Shown here: piece by piece, positions 25,501-38,814 of the stretch
Layout of the letters: each line of letters starts with the position of its first letter
How positions within the stretch are numbered: position 1 is the first letter of the stretch
Assembly: GCA_052327205.1 (NCBI GenBank)
Contig: CM126211.1
Location: forward strand, 29,016,001-29,080,000
Source: Somniosus microcephalus
Lineage: Eukaryota
DNA: 64,000 nt
Direction: 5' to 3'
Notes under the pieces: model-generated
Databases searched by the model: none
What the model saw: the letters and a program-made list of their open reading frames with translations, nothing else
Told to the model about the DNA's origin: nothing
Program-made: the position numbers and the translations under genes

Positions 25501-25582
25501 GCAAAGTGCACAGGTAGACACTGGGCGAAAATAGGACCAGGCTCGGCTGTGAAGCCCGTAACAATTTTCTTTGAATTCCCAC

Positions 25583-25742
25583 CTGCAGATTCACAATTGT
25601 TCCAAATTTACTGAAGTGTTCATTGAGCTTGCTGATGTTATTTAACTCCTGTGGAATCTTCCGAAGCTCAAGCTTGGTGTTTTCAATCCCGTACAGTGGT
25701 TTCTTTTGAAATCCTTGGTTATTTGCGTTGTTGAAATTTGGC
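25583..25742 (-). CDS. RBM26: RBM26 exon 11, RRM1 first half (PNFNN...ENTKLELRKIPQELNNISKLNEHFSKFGTIVNLQ)
   Basis: ttcaacag|G CCA AAT ... CTG CAG|gtggga; 160 nt. Confidence 0.94.
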
Positions 25743-27651
25743 CTGTTGAAACAGTCAGATCAGGTTAGCCTATGTACTCATTAAAAGTTAGCTGCATAAA
25801 ACTATTGCCTACATATTTTATATAAATTTGACTGAAGAAAACCAATCCATATGTTGATTTTAAGGCTCAATGTTTTTGGCAGTTAGTTACTTGGCTTATT
25901 TGGATATCCAGAGTCATTCGAAGCAGAGAGTACATTGCTAGGACTAACATTTTGGAACTGGATCTCCAAACAGCCAGGTCTTCACAGCATTCCTTTTATA
26001 TAGCACCACAGTGTCCTGTTTTTTAAGTTTATAAATAACTGGTTTTAAAAAGTTGCTGAAAGAAATGGATTCTACTGCTGGCGCACACCAAGGAGTGCCT
26101 TGCAATAAAGCCTTCAATTTAAGAACGAGTCTTGGCCTAAAATTAAACATTATAAAATTCCTCAAACTCGCAAAACTCAAGTCCACTTTGTGTGTAGAAA
26201 TTAAGACTCGTGGCACAGCTCCCAGTCCAACGCAGTATTTGCCAGAATCTCAAAACTGAAAACATATCAATGCCCTGAGTGTTCCTTTCTCTCTACAAAC
26301 TAGAGGCTTTTAAAACACTTGGCATCACCTAGCCACAACTTGATTTCTCTCATCTTCCCCAAATCTTTTTAGTGCCGTATTCTTCAATTTTGGCACTATC
26401 CTAAGGCACCTGTTGCTTCAGATTGGCTTTTTTTCCCTCCTCTCATCAGTTTTCTCCCTTCCAGTCCTGAAGTAGATTCCTTGCTGGGAAACAGCTCAAT
26501 GGCAACCCACCACCTTCTAGTTACCCATGTGGGCATCATTCATTTGTGAGCCGTAACGAATGATTGGCAGGTAGACATCATTGGAGAGCCAGAATGAGCT
26601 TTGACTTCGTGCTAGCATTCCCGCCCGGGCCAAAAGGTGCAGGGTCCGGTGGATGCGGGTGCACCCTACCCTCTATCATCGTATGGGTTGTAGGACTCTA
26701 AAATCTTCCTGCTGTATCGGACTAACCAATCTAAATCGGCTGGTAGAAGATGTTTGCGACCAGAGAAGTGTTTACGTTGCAGCCTATCAAACTGTTAATC
26801 AGCCTGCGAATCCTTCGACTACTTCACACTATTCTCCATGGGATACGAAAAACAAACTGCAGTGCCCAATCCTATCCTCAGCCAACACCACATCTTCACA
26901 GTTCTAGCAGGGATCACTGGATAGCATCCAGTAGTGGGAACCTTGGCTGATATTCTCCACCATAACCCAGGATGACTGAAAAATTGTAGCATGCTTACTG
27001 ACAATCAGATGAGACAGCTAATTCAGCAGAGACCAGGGATTAAGCCTGTGGACGTCCTGTGGCTCAGCTGCTGTGTGAAACTGCTAAACCAACAGGAGAA
27101 CACGATCTTGAGTTGTCAATTTTTTAATGTTTTTTCCTAAAAAGCACATCTTAAAGTCATGTGCCATCACCTTAATTACTTGATGCAGAAGCTCAGTGAG
27201 GCTGAACTTCAGCTGACATTAATGATTTCAATATCTAAGACATTGTGGCTAGCAACTGAAACTTGTAAAAATCTTAATTGTGCCTATACCTATTTTTTTT
27301 TTTAAATAAGATGCAGCTAAATATTTGGAACTGTTGCCTATAATGGGAGAGAAAAATAACTAAGAAAGGTGAGGTCCATTAAAAAAGCCTACTACACAAA
27401 AAAAGGATGGCGTTTGGCCAAGTTGCACCACATGGCACAGAACTCAAGGTAATGCATCTGCACGCGTTTCATTGGTGAATAACTGAGCAAGTTTTATACT
27501 TCATCAACCCAAATTTACACTTTACCAACCCAAATCAACCTCTTGTTGAAAAGGTCAGCGACAATAAGTTTACACAATTCATTTGCAATGCCAAGGAAAT
27601 TACAAAAGAGAGGTTGAAAATATATAACAGAAAATGAAAATCAAACTTTAC

Positions 27652-27787
27652 TTGTCAAACCAGGATTTCTTTGCAGGCACTCCTTCAGCAGCAGCACCTA
27701 TTGTACGTTTCCTGGACTCGGAATCCACCACTATTCTCATGTTGTTGTTGGTAGTAGGCTTTTCGGTTTTCACAGTTATATTTACAG
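27652..27787 (-). CDS. RBM26: RBM26 exon 10 (AVNITVKTEKPTTNNNMRIVVDSESRKRTIG...KKSWFDK)
   Basis: cattctag|CT GTA AAT ... TTT GAC AA|gtaaag; 136 nt; nearest in-phase AG acceptor. Confidence 0.85.
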
Positions 27788-27922
27788 CTAGAATGTGAAC
27801 AGATAGTCGTTTTCAAAACCAGAACATACTTCAATGAAAACCTATTGAATGCAAGCTGCTCTCTTTCATGATTCATATATAGAATTAGTACAGATGTATG
27901 GGAGGCAGTAATTAGAGATGAT

Positions 27923-30690
27923 AAATTGCATTTATATAGCGTCATTAAATGCAGAAAAACAAGACGCTTCAAAGAAATGTAATCAGGCAAAAATTGACAC
28001 CGAGCTACAGGAGAGATTAGATGGGGTCAGATAGGTAGCTTTTAAAAAGCAATTTAGAGGAGGAAAGAAAGGTGGTATGGAGAGGTTTAGAAGGGAAATT
28101 CCAGAGCCGAGGCCATGACCACTAATTATGGGGTGAAGAGAATGGTGGAGGCACGAGGCCAGAGTTGGAGGAATGCAGAGTTCTCAAGAGAGTTATAGGG
28201 CTGGAGGAGGTTATGGAGTTAGATGGGACAAGATCATGATGGGAGTTGAACACAAGAATGAGAATTTTAAATGGAGGCTCAGGGGGGACCAGGAGCCAAA
28301 TTGGATGGGTAAGCAAGGCTTGGTACAGGTTTGGATACGGGCAGCAAATGGGCTATGATACAGACCTTTAAGTCGATGGTCTTTGTGATGGAGAGGATAA
28401 GGGATCAAAAGCTCAAGGTGGGGTCAAATAGGACGCCAAGGTTATGGTCAGCTTCAAACAGAGACAGTGGCCGGGGAGGGCGATGGAATCAGTGGCGAGG
28501 GTATTGAATTTGGTGGGGGGGCGAAGACTATAGCTTCACACTTCCAAATACTTAACTGGAGGAAACCGTGGCTCATCCAGGACTGGAAGTTGGACAAGTG
28601 GGATAATACATGGATAGTGGACGGGGCCAAGAGCTGGTGAAGATATAGAGCTGGGTGTCGTCAACGTACATGTGGAATCCAACCCTATGTATTCAGATAA
28701 TGTTATTGAGGGACAGCATGTAGGCCAAAGATAGATACTTGTGGAACTCCAGAGGTAATGGTGCGTAGGTGAGGAGACGTCATTGTTATAGATGTTTTGA
28801 TTACAATTAGATAAGTATGAGTGCAGTCAAACAAGGGCAGGCTCACTCTGCTGGACAACGGTGACAATACATTCAAGGACCCGAGAGAAAAGGCAGGTTG
28901 GAGATGGGGAGGTAGTTTCTAAGGACAGAGGGGTCAAAAGTGGGTTTTTTGAGGAGGAATGCAATGACAATGAGAGGGAGCAGTACCAGAGGAGAAGAAG
29001 CCATTTACAATGTTAGCTAGCATTAGGGGCAGGAAGGGAAGTTGGGCAGTCAGGAGTTTAGTGGGAATGGAGTCGAGAGAGCAGGAGGTGGGTCTCATGG
29101 AGAAGCTGAGCTCAGAGAAGGCATGCGAGATGGGGGAATAGAAGCGAGAGAAATATTTGGGTTCAGGGCTAGTGCAGGTGAGCAAGTGGAAAGGAGCATG
29201 AAGTAGAGATAGCTAAACAGATGGTCTTAGTGACAAGAAAGTCCAAGCTCCTTGTAGTTGTTGTTGGAGGTATAGATGGAGGGAGCATGGGAGCAGTTTA
29301 CGGAGACGGTTGGTAGTGGAGGAAAGAATCCAGGGGTTATCTTTTCATTCCAGGACGATCCTGGAGTAGCGAGAAGTTTTGCCAAAGGAGAGCAAGACCA
29401 GGCAGTGCTTTATGTGGTCCAACCAGATCTGGCGGTTGGTGGCCAAACCAGTCTTGCATCAAATACGTTCAAGTTGTACCCCTTGGATCTGAGGGAGCAG
29501 AGATGGGTTCTATATTCATGAGAACAACCAGAGCGTGGGGGGGGGGGGGGGGAGGAGAAGGGAAGAGAGAGAGAGAGAGAGAGAGAGAACATATTATTCA
29601 ACAAGCTAAGCCAAACAACCCCAGATTTCAAGGAATTGGATGGCCTGTCAAAATTGAGATTAGTCCTAGGAGAAGGAGACAGACCATACCTTGGGGCCAA
29701 ATATGTAACAACATGTCACAACCTGAGGACTGTTTAAAATTAAGACTGTTTAAAATTAATATTGAACGTACCAAATGAAGTACAAAGACTGTTTAAAATT
29801 AATATTGTTTCAAAGTAATATTGTATGTACCCAACAAATGTCAAATCGATTGACACCTACAGAATGTTGGAAAACTGTACCTTTTTGCTATGTAAGCTTT
29901 GGCAATATGGTTCTCTGTAAACTTTCATGCCAATAAAGCATTTGAATTGGAATTGGAGAGAGAGAGAGCGCGAGAGAGAGATTGACTGGGAACTAAGGCA
30001 TCAAAGGCAGAGGTGAGGAAGTGAAGCACATCGACAGCTACAGAAACATTGTGGCGAATGGAGGGCAAAAGGCTAGGCAGCTGGGAGGTTGAAAGTGCAG
30101 CTGCAAGTGATTCCTGGGAGAGTTGTTTTCCCCTTGAGGCAGGTGTAGAAGTAAGTGGGTAGGGACACATTGAAGTGATCAGAGATGATCTTTTCTGCAG
30201 TCAAGATGACAGGCAGAAATGGCACTGTCGATTGGTGGCCATAAATAGAGTTAATGCAGTGGGAGAAGTTAAGGGAGGGCAGAGAGCGAAGTAAAATCAG
30301 AGGAGAGCACGGTGAGTTGAGATGGAGATTGTCATCAGCAAGGATGAGGAACCTTTCAGTGCAGAGGCTGAGGGAGGAAAGAAGTGAGGATAATGCAGCA
30401 AGAAACTCAGGGTGGGGGCTGGTAGAGAACGAGGATTTTAAAGGAGACACAAGGGGGTGGAACAAGGCGAGGTACCCGAAGGAGGAGAATATGCCAGAGG
30501 AGTAGGGGGAAGATGCCACGGTGTGATTTGGTGATAAGAGTCACACCATCACCATGGCGGTTTGGGTAGGGCAGGTGGTGAAACATCTAGTCAGGCAGGG
30601 AGGCTTCAGTAAGGGGTCAGGTGTCACCATCCGTAAGCCAAGCTTCAGTCAAAACCATATCAATGCAATCATCCATAATAAGGTCATAGA
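27923..30690 (-). mobile_element. L2-type LINE, decayed and split by an insertion at about 29.5-29.98 kb
   Basis: Tail TTGCATTTATATAGCG, FKILILVF, RPTSCSLDSIPTKLL, ERFLILADDNLHLN (endonuclease GDFN region). Confidence 0.75.
29589..29955 (+). mobile_element. RTE-X-like LINE 3' end within a (GA)n microsatellite
   Basis: Unlisted frame ILFNKLSQTTPDFKELDGLSKLRLVLGEGDRPYLGAKYVTTCHNLRTV*; tail AATAAAGCATTTGAATTGGAATT; (GA)n on both sides. Confidence 0.6.
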
Positions 30691-31231
30691 TCACAAGAGT
30701 CTTGAGATGCAATTTATTCTGGGGGGGGGGGGGGGGTTCAGATATCAAACATGAAGCTTGAATGGTTTAGGATTTTAAAATTGATGACCCCCATTAATGA
30801 CTCCCCAGCCAGAGGAAACAGTTTTTCCCTATTCACCCATCAAACACTTCCTAATTTTAAAAATCCAAATTAAATCTCCTCTAGGCCATCTCTACTCAAG
30901 GGGAAATAATCCCACTATCAAGTCTCTCCTCATAACCAGCATCGCATCCCAGATATCATCCTACCGAATCCACATTGTATGTTCTCAATGGCTTTAATGT
31001 CCCTTCTATAACAAGTACCCAAAACTGCACACAGTACTCATAACTGTGGCCTAACCATTGCTTTGCACAAATGTATTACCTCTTGCATTCAATATGCCTA
31101 TGTTTAAAACTCATACTATGATGTGTTAAATTATAAGCAGAATAGCTGAAATACCAGTTTTACAGGGGTTAGGTTTTTAAAGTATTTGCCTATTCCATTG
31201 CAGATATTTTGTAGGCATATTTTTATCGTAC

Positions 31232-31372
31232 CTCGTGGTGGTAGATCCATATCTCCAGATGTGAGTCCAATTAAGTTCGGTCTTTGGCTGTGTACCCTGG
31301 GTCTGTAAACGGGTCTTGAAGTACTGGTTATACTAGGTGCTTCAGGGTTATATCCATCAGTTTCATAGGTAT
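31232..31372 (-). CDS. RBM26: RBM26 exon 9 (DTYETDGYNPEAPSIT...QRPNLIGLTSGDMDLPPR)
   Basis: ctgtag|AT ACC TAT ... CCA CGA G|gtacga; 141 nt. Confidence 0.94.
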
Positions 31373-33720
31373 CTACAGACAAAAACAAACAGGCATGAAC
31401 TGCAGAGCTAGCCTCTTTATCATGATGTGCTATCTAGTTGCAACTAAAAGTTTACCAACAGTTTGCATTAATATAGCACCTTTAACATAAGAAATATACC
31501 AAACTACTTTACAAGGAAGGGAGAACATAAATTAGGAAACGGATGCTGAGCTATGGAGTTAGGAGAGGCAACCAAAAGCTTGGAGTAGGAGGGTTGTTTT
31601 TTTAAAAAAATAGTTAGGGAGAAGTGGGGAGGCAGATGAGTGAGTAGGGAGAAAGTTCCAGAGAGTAAGGCTGAGGCAGCTGAATTTCTACCACAAATAT
31701 TGAGAAGGGAGGGTGGGAGGCACAGAAGACCAAAGGGTGCAGAAGAGGATACAAGGATCTCAAGTTCCACATACTGGGGGACAGGGAGCCATTGCAGGGT
31801 TTTGGATCATCTAGCCAGATGTTGTGCAGGACAAAATGCAGGTGCCCGATTTCATTATCCTATACTATTGTCTCCCCATAATCCTGTATCTTTGCTTTGC
31901 TTTGGAATTTAGGGAGGGAGGGTGATGGGAAATCAGCAAAGATGACACTGGTGAACTCAAGTTTACAAGTGACAAAAACATGGATAAGAGTCAAGACACC
32001 AAACCAAACAGTACAAGAATCGATATAATGCATCGTAGGGAAAGGTAATCTGTTGCAGGCAGCAAAAGTACACAAGACACTAAGCTATTCTCACTTGTAA
32101 ATTCTCCTGATGGTTTTTAGCATATACTCACCAACACTTCAGCATACCTTCATGAGGACCCAAACTTTAGGCCAGGTGTTGGTCTCTTCGCTGGTATCAG
32201 CCATCGGCTCAGTCAGTTGAATGACTCCATCCTTCTTACTTCATGTGACAATGCAAAGCAAATACTTGATACTAACGGAGTGCGTGTGCATGCGCGTACA
32301 CATGCACACAAATTAGGAACTTTATGCTTTAAAATGTTTCATGAAACATTTTAGATTTTATCTATTCCTGGATAGAGTTGGAGTTAAAGCTGTTCTTTAA
32401 AATGGTGCTTTTGGGTAAGGGAGGAGGTAGAAAACTCCATCTGCTGGTGCCACAACTAATTACTATCTCTGTGGCATTTGGTGACTCGTGGGCAGGAACT
32501 GCATTAGTCATCGCTTTTCTGCATTAAATACCAATTGAAGCTCCCAGCCAAACACAAATACTCATCATTTTTTTGTTAAAACATCCCCAAGTTATACTGC
32601 ATGCAATTGACATTCTGATTACTTGCCACCCTAAATATTCTCCAATCCTCCTTGCTTCCTCACTGATAACATTACAGCATTATACCGTTGCACTCTTCTA
32701 TTCTGTCTCGGGATCTTAAACTGTGGCACTCCTGGCCTCCCTTAGCCGTCCCTTCCTTCAACTCTGTATGCCTTTAATACCCAAGCTCAAGTCACCTTTA
32801 AATACTGCCCTGCACAATCGATCAAAGTCTTAGCCACTACATCTAAGCACAATACAAGTTGATTCAAGCAAACATCACAAAGCAGATCAATCATCCTCGC
32901 CACCATTACAGCACTGAAATGCTGCAAGTTTCCAAATATAAGAAAGCAGATAAACTCAGTCATCGGGGGAACTGTGGTTACTTTCAAGATGATGGTAAAT
33001 AATCTCTGACAAGCAGCAAAATATTCACTTAGCAGAATGAATTCGAATAAAAGCTTAATTGTAATCTCTTTCATATCAAGTCTTGTATAGGCAGAATACC
33101 CAGTTGGAAAGTAATAAAAGATGCATCTTACTCAACAGGACTGGTCTGTATTAAAATGGGTATTCAATTGCTCCCTATTGTACATCATAAATTAGATTTG
33201 CATTAAGGCAACCTTTGATCTTATCTGCTCAAAATAGCCTGACCATCTTCCCATTTGTACAGCATCTAGCCATTTGTTAAGAGTTCCAAGTCTACCCTCA
33301 ACCATTATTGCAGATCACTCTCTGCATAAATATCTGTTGACATCTGCCCTATATGTGCCCTTTCGAACAAATATTTTCTGGTTTACTTTCTCTATGGTCC
33401 AATTATGGAGCACTGGACATCCCACCCAATACCATTTTGATCTAGCTCCTCTACCCGCTGATTCCCATCCCTTCAGCCAGTTACAAATCCATTTCTTGGA
33501 TATAAAAAGGAGTTTCTTATACTGTACCCAAGTGCTTTTTGAAGTCTAGGTACATTGTGTCATATGACTTTCCCACACCCCAGTTGAGACAAAAATTCCT
33601 CAAACTGTAACCTCAAATACACCATTTAACAAATGACAGGTGGGAACAGAGAGGGGAGAAAAAGGAATAGAATGTCTTATTTAACTTGGCATAAAAAGCA
33701 AAATATTGTTTTTATTTTAC

Positions 33721-33861
33721 CTGTTGTATATGGAGGAGGCTGTGTTGCAGGAGGCTGGTGATGAATCACGGACGTGACAACAGGAGGCACTGAACTAGTA
33801 ATTGAGCTTGGGGGTGCATCTATTCCAGGAGGCTGAAGTGGTGGTAATGGTGGTGGGGGAC
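33721..33861 (-). CDS. RBM26: RBM26 exon 8 (GPPPPLPPLQPPGIDAPPSSITSSVPPVVTSVIHHQPP...)
   Basis: ttttagtag|GT CCC CCA ... ACA ACA G|gtaaaa; 141 nt. Confidence 0.9.
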
Positions 33862-34454
33862 CTACTAAAAAACAGCAAATTTATAAGAATACCAGCAACT
33901 GTACTTTTAAGAAGATTGTAAATGAGGTTTTTAGAAAGAAAATACTTGAACAAAACCAAGAGACCAAACCTACCTTGTGCCAAGTTTCACAAAGAAAAAT
34001 CAAACTTGCATTCATATAGAACCTTTCATGACCTCATGGCTGCTCAAGTGCTTCACAGCCAATGAAGTGTAGTTGCTGTTGTGCAAACTCAGCAGCCAAG
34101 TTTCACATAGCATGGTCCCACAAACAGCAACGAGATTAACTGACCAGATCATGTCCCTGAATTTGCAGTTGCAATGACAGCCAAACTGTCAACGCTCACC
34201 ACCATTACTGTGTAAAACTAACAGCAACTTCTGGCATCCGCACATGCGCAGTTAAGCGCTGAAATCCAGATGCTGTTGTCAGTGATACGCTGCTCCTCCA
34301 CAGGGTGGCCTGCTGCAGTCTTCGCAGATGCAATCAACGCAGAACCAGTGATTTAACGCGAACTTCAACTTTTTACGCACTATTCTTGCTGTAAAAACCA
34401 TTGAAAATGTTAAACTTTGTTGAATGAGGGTGTAACTGAGGTTTTAAACAGCGT

Positions 34455-35422
34455 ACGATCTAGATTAATGATTTGGAGGAGGGGACCGAGTGCAACGTAT
34501 CCAAGTTTGCCGACGATACAAAGATGGGAGGGAAAGCAGTGAGTGAGGAGGACATAAAAAACCTGCAAAAGGACAGACAGGCTAAGTGAGTGGGCAGAAA
34601 TTTGGCAGATGGAATATAATGTTGGAAAGTGTGAGGTTATGCACTTTGGCAGAAAAAAATCAAAGAGCAAGTTATTATCTAAATGGAAAGAAACTGCAAA
34701 GTGCTGCAGTACAAAGGGATCTGGGGATCCTGGTGCACGAAACACAGAAGGTTAGTATGCAGGTGATCAGGAAGGCCAATTGAATCTTGGCTTTTATTGC
34801 AAGGGGGATGGAGTATAAAAGCAGGGAAGTCTTGCTTCAGTTATACAGGGTACTGGTGAGGCCACGCCTGGAATACTGCGTAGTTTTGGTTTCCATATTT
34901 AAAAGATATACTTGCTCTCGAGGCAGTTCAGAGAAGGTTCACTCGGTTGATTCCGGAGATGAGGGGGTTGACTTGTGAGGAAAGGTTGAGTAGGTTGGGC
35001 CTCTACTCATTGGAATTCAGAAGAATGAGAGGCGATCTTATCGAAACATATAAGATTGTGAGGGGGCTTGATCGGGTGGATGCAGGAAGCATGTTTCCAC
35101 TGATGGGCGAGACTAGAAGTAGGGGGCATAATCTTAGAATAAGGGGCTGCCCTTTCAAAACTGAGATGAGGAGAAACTTCTTCACTCAGAGGGTGGTGAA
35201 TCTATGGAATTTGCTACCTCAGAGCTGTGGAAGCTGCGACATTAAATAAATTTAAAACGGAGAGAGACAGTTTCCTAGCTGATAAGGGAATTAGGGTTAC
35301 GTGGAGCGGGCAGGGAAGTGTTCGCGAGTCTAGGTTCGGATCAGCCATGATCCTATTGAATGGCGGAGCAGGCCAGAGGGGCCGTATGGCCTACTCCTGC
35401 TCCTACTTCTTATGTTCTTATG
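34455..35422 (+). mobile_element. CR1 LINE 3' ~1 kb
   Basis: KFADDTK, RDLGILVH, RPRLEYC, RRNFFTQRVVNLWN, full 3' tail ending TTCTTATGTTCTTATG. Confidence 0.9.
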
Positions 35423-35529
35423 TACCAAGTCATAATTACTGCTGAACAACCTCTCTGGCCCTGTAAAACTAATCGTCAGTCTAGATTGTGTGCTCACGTC
35501 TCTGGAGCAGAGCCTGAACCCACAGCATG

Positions 35530-36500
35530 GTGGGTAGTGGTGCTCCACAAGGATCAGTGCTGGGACCACTGCCGTTCACAATTTACATTAACGATTTAGA
35601 CTTTTGAATCAAAAACACAATTTCTAAATTTGTGGATGACACCAAATTGGTGGGGATAGTCAATACTGCGGAGGGCGGCAATAAATTACAGGACATTAAT
35701 AAACTTGCAGAATGGGCAAATAAAGTTCAACACAGACAAATGTGAGGTATTACATTTTGGTAGGAAGAATAGGGAGGTCACTTATCACTTGGAGGGTGCG
35801 AGTCTAGGTGGGGCAGAGGAACAAAGGGATCTCAGAGTACAAATACACAAATCACTAAAAGTTGCGCCACAGGTTAGCAAGCCCATTAAAAATGCAAACC
35901 AAGCACTAGTGTTTATTTCTCGAGGGACAGAATTGAAAAGTAGGGAAGTTATGCTAAACCTGTATCGAACCTTGGTTAGACCACACTTGGAGTACTGCGT
36001 GCAGTTCTGGTCGCCATATTATAAAAAGGATATAGAGGCACTGGAGAGGGTGCAGAGAAGATTTACAAGGATGATACCAGAAATGCGAGGGTATACATAT
36101 CAGGAAAGGATGAACAGGCTGGGTCTCTTTTCTCTTGAAAAGCGGTGACCTAATAGAGGTCTATAAAATTAGGAAAGGTTTTGATAGAGTGGATAGAGAG
36201 AGAATGTTTCCACCTGTGGGAAGAGTATAACTAGAGTACATCAATATAAGATAGTCACCAATAAATCCAATAGGGAATTCAGAAGAAATTTCTTTACCCC
36301 AAGAGTGGTGAGAATATGGAACTCGCTACCACAGGGAGTGGTTGAAGCAAATAGTATAGATGCATTTAAGGGGAGGCTGGACAAACATATGAGGGAGAAG
36401 GGAATAGAGGATTATGCTGATAGATTTAGGATGAGGAAAGACGGGAGGAGGCTCGAGTGGAGCATAAACGCCGGCATGGACTGGTTGGGCCGTATATCCT
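35530..36500 (+). mobile_element. CR1 LINE 3' ~1 kb (second subfamily, similar to the 9.6-10.4 kb copy)
   Basis: [51 protein letters not shown]. Confidence 0.9.
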
Positions 36501-37606
36501 ATGTAACATTGTGACTCAGAGGAGAGAGTGCTACAAGGGAGTCAAGGCTGATGTACAGAAACAGCAATATGTTTATCTGTTAATTATTTCCAAAACAGAC
36601 AAATTTAGCTTGTTAACCACAGATTTTGGCTGAAAATCAAGAGTTAAACATTTTTGAGAACTGGCATAACAAATGAAGCCGCAACATTTCTTGGCCAGAT
36701 GTAGGATCTTTTGAGAGAAAAGTTGGAGATCACAAGGCATCCAAAAGAAACATTTGCATGTAAAGACTGTGGCCATGCCTTATTTAACATGGGAAGATCA
36801 CTTAAAGCTATAAAGAGGGCATAGATCTTGGAGGGGCACAGTCGAGACAGTTTCCTCCACGGGATAACAGTCTCAATCTTACTGTATGCAAAAAGATACC
36901 TAGTTGTGTAGTTTTTTATTCTCTCTCTACCCTTGCCCGCCACGCACCCCTGATGGCATCAATGTTTACTGGGGTACGCTTGCACAAGATTCTCTTTACT
37001 GGGGTATACTTGGACAACCTTCTTCTACCTTGTCCAAGTGGCCATTATTGTGTGGAAGCCTAGACAAAAGTGTCAACGGCTATTTAAATCGGAGAGGTTT
37101 CAAACTGTGCCTGGTCTTGTTCTCAAATGTCTTCCACATGTACATTTACAAATGAAGTTTTTGGGCAGCAAATGAAGAAGAAGCATGTGCTAACTTCCCT
37201 GCTCCTACTCCAAGGGTTCGGAGGTTGATTATAGTGCTGCTACCAGAGCAGCGGAGATCAGCTAACCTAATTACATTTTCTCTTGATGGACAATAAAGTC
37301 CCGATTCGAAAAAGAGGCCCAGTAATTATCAAGCAATTTGTTACAAATAGGGTGAGGAAACTCAAGCAAATCTGAATTTAGAAAGGAAATCAGTTTGAAA
37401 GTGGTGTGATGACAATCTTCTGAAGTGCACGCAATGATTTAGGAGGTGGGAGAATACTGAAGTGTGGCAATATGATTACTCTTACAACAAAATCTCCAAT
37501 ACATGCTGGCCAATTGCGTGATATCCTACAATATATTCTGGAAGTGTCCTGTGCTTACCCTGTCATTTTTCAAAGTAATGGCATGTACAGAAAACTTATT
37601 CTTTAC

Positions 37607-37849
37607 CTGCAACAGGAGGCAGACTTGGTGGTAATGGTCCTGGTGGAGGGACTGGAGGTCTGAGATTAACAGGTGGAGGAGGAGTCAGAATGGGCGGCGG
37701 TGGAGGAAGGGCAGGAGGATTTGGTCCCTCAACTACTGGGGGCTGTGAGGGAAAAGGCAGCATGCCTGGAAGATTCACATCCTCTACCACTACTGGATCA
37801 CTTCCGTGGTCAAATGGACACATGTCACCTCTCATACAGAAGCCCTTTT
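37607..37849 (-). CDS. RBM26: RBM26 exon 7, CCCH zinc finger and Pro-rich region
   Basis: tttatag|AA AAG GGC TTC TGT ... GTT GCA G|gtaaag; 243 nt. Confidence 0.95.
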
Positions 37850-38321
37850 CTATAAAAAACACAAAAAAGAAATGCAGTGTAAAGCACATGTCATTAAAAC
37901 AATCTGCAACACATCAAAAAGAACCTTTATGCCAATGTATTATGATATTACATAGTTGTTTCAACAATACAGTACAGTAGAAGCCTCTTAATGGGACACC
38001 CCTGTGGTGAGCGAAACATTCCCTTTATCCAGCCGTTCCTGTTAAGCAAACACAGTAGAATGGAGGGAATGAATTGATGCCTGTGCAAGTGTTGTGTTTT
38101 AGTGAACATTCCCATTATTAAGTGCCCATTAACTAGTATGTACTGTATTTCCAAATAGGTTTAAGTTCCCTTCCCCATTGAAAGCCATTCTTGTTTTGAT
38201 TTTTTTTTATAGATCAAATTGCATTAGCAATAGCCAGTTACAGCACTTGAATTTTTAATAAAAAGTTTAGTGTTTAAATGGGATGACAATCTGTTTTAAC
38301 ATTGTAATAGCCCTGTCTTAC

Positions 38322-38579
38322 CATCATAGTCTCTACAACGCTTCTTCGGAAGTGGCCCTCTTTCATACGAGTTGTGATCTATCTGGTCTTCATGGTACTC
38401 TGACCAACTTTCTGTAGTGGTGTTGCCATGGTGAGCTGGTGCTATAACTGTGATCGCACTACTCAGAGTAGGAACAGGATAATGCCCAGATGTTATGTTT
38501 GGCAGAGTATTGGGCGTGTAGCCACTTTCCGATGATTCTGTTCGGTCGAGGTCATACTTTGACTTCCCTGAATCCCTCT
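38322..38579 (-). CDS. RBM26: RBM26 exon 6 (ERDSGKSKYDLDRT...SGHYPVPTLSS...PKKRCRDYD)
   Basis: ctttag|AG AGG GAT ... TAT GAT G|gtaaga; 258 nt; includes first Cys of the CCCH finger. Confidence 0.93.
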
Positions 38580-38814
38580 CTAAAGAATAAAAAGGATCTA
38601 ATATTAATATATAACCCTTTCACCAATTTGTTTTTAAAAAACTTACTGAAAACCATAGCTATACAAACTGTTCATACTTAAAATTTTAGGTATTAGATTT
38701 TGAAGTTACAAATAAGATTGTTGCACCTACACAATTCCCAAATTAAAGATGTATAACTATGTAACAGTATAGAACAGTAAATGTTTTTAAAATGAAAGTC
38801 GAGTTATAATGGAC

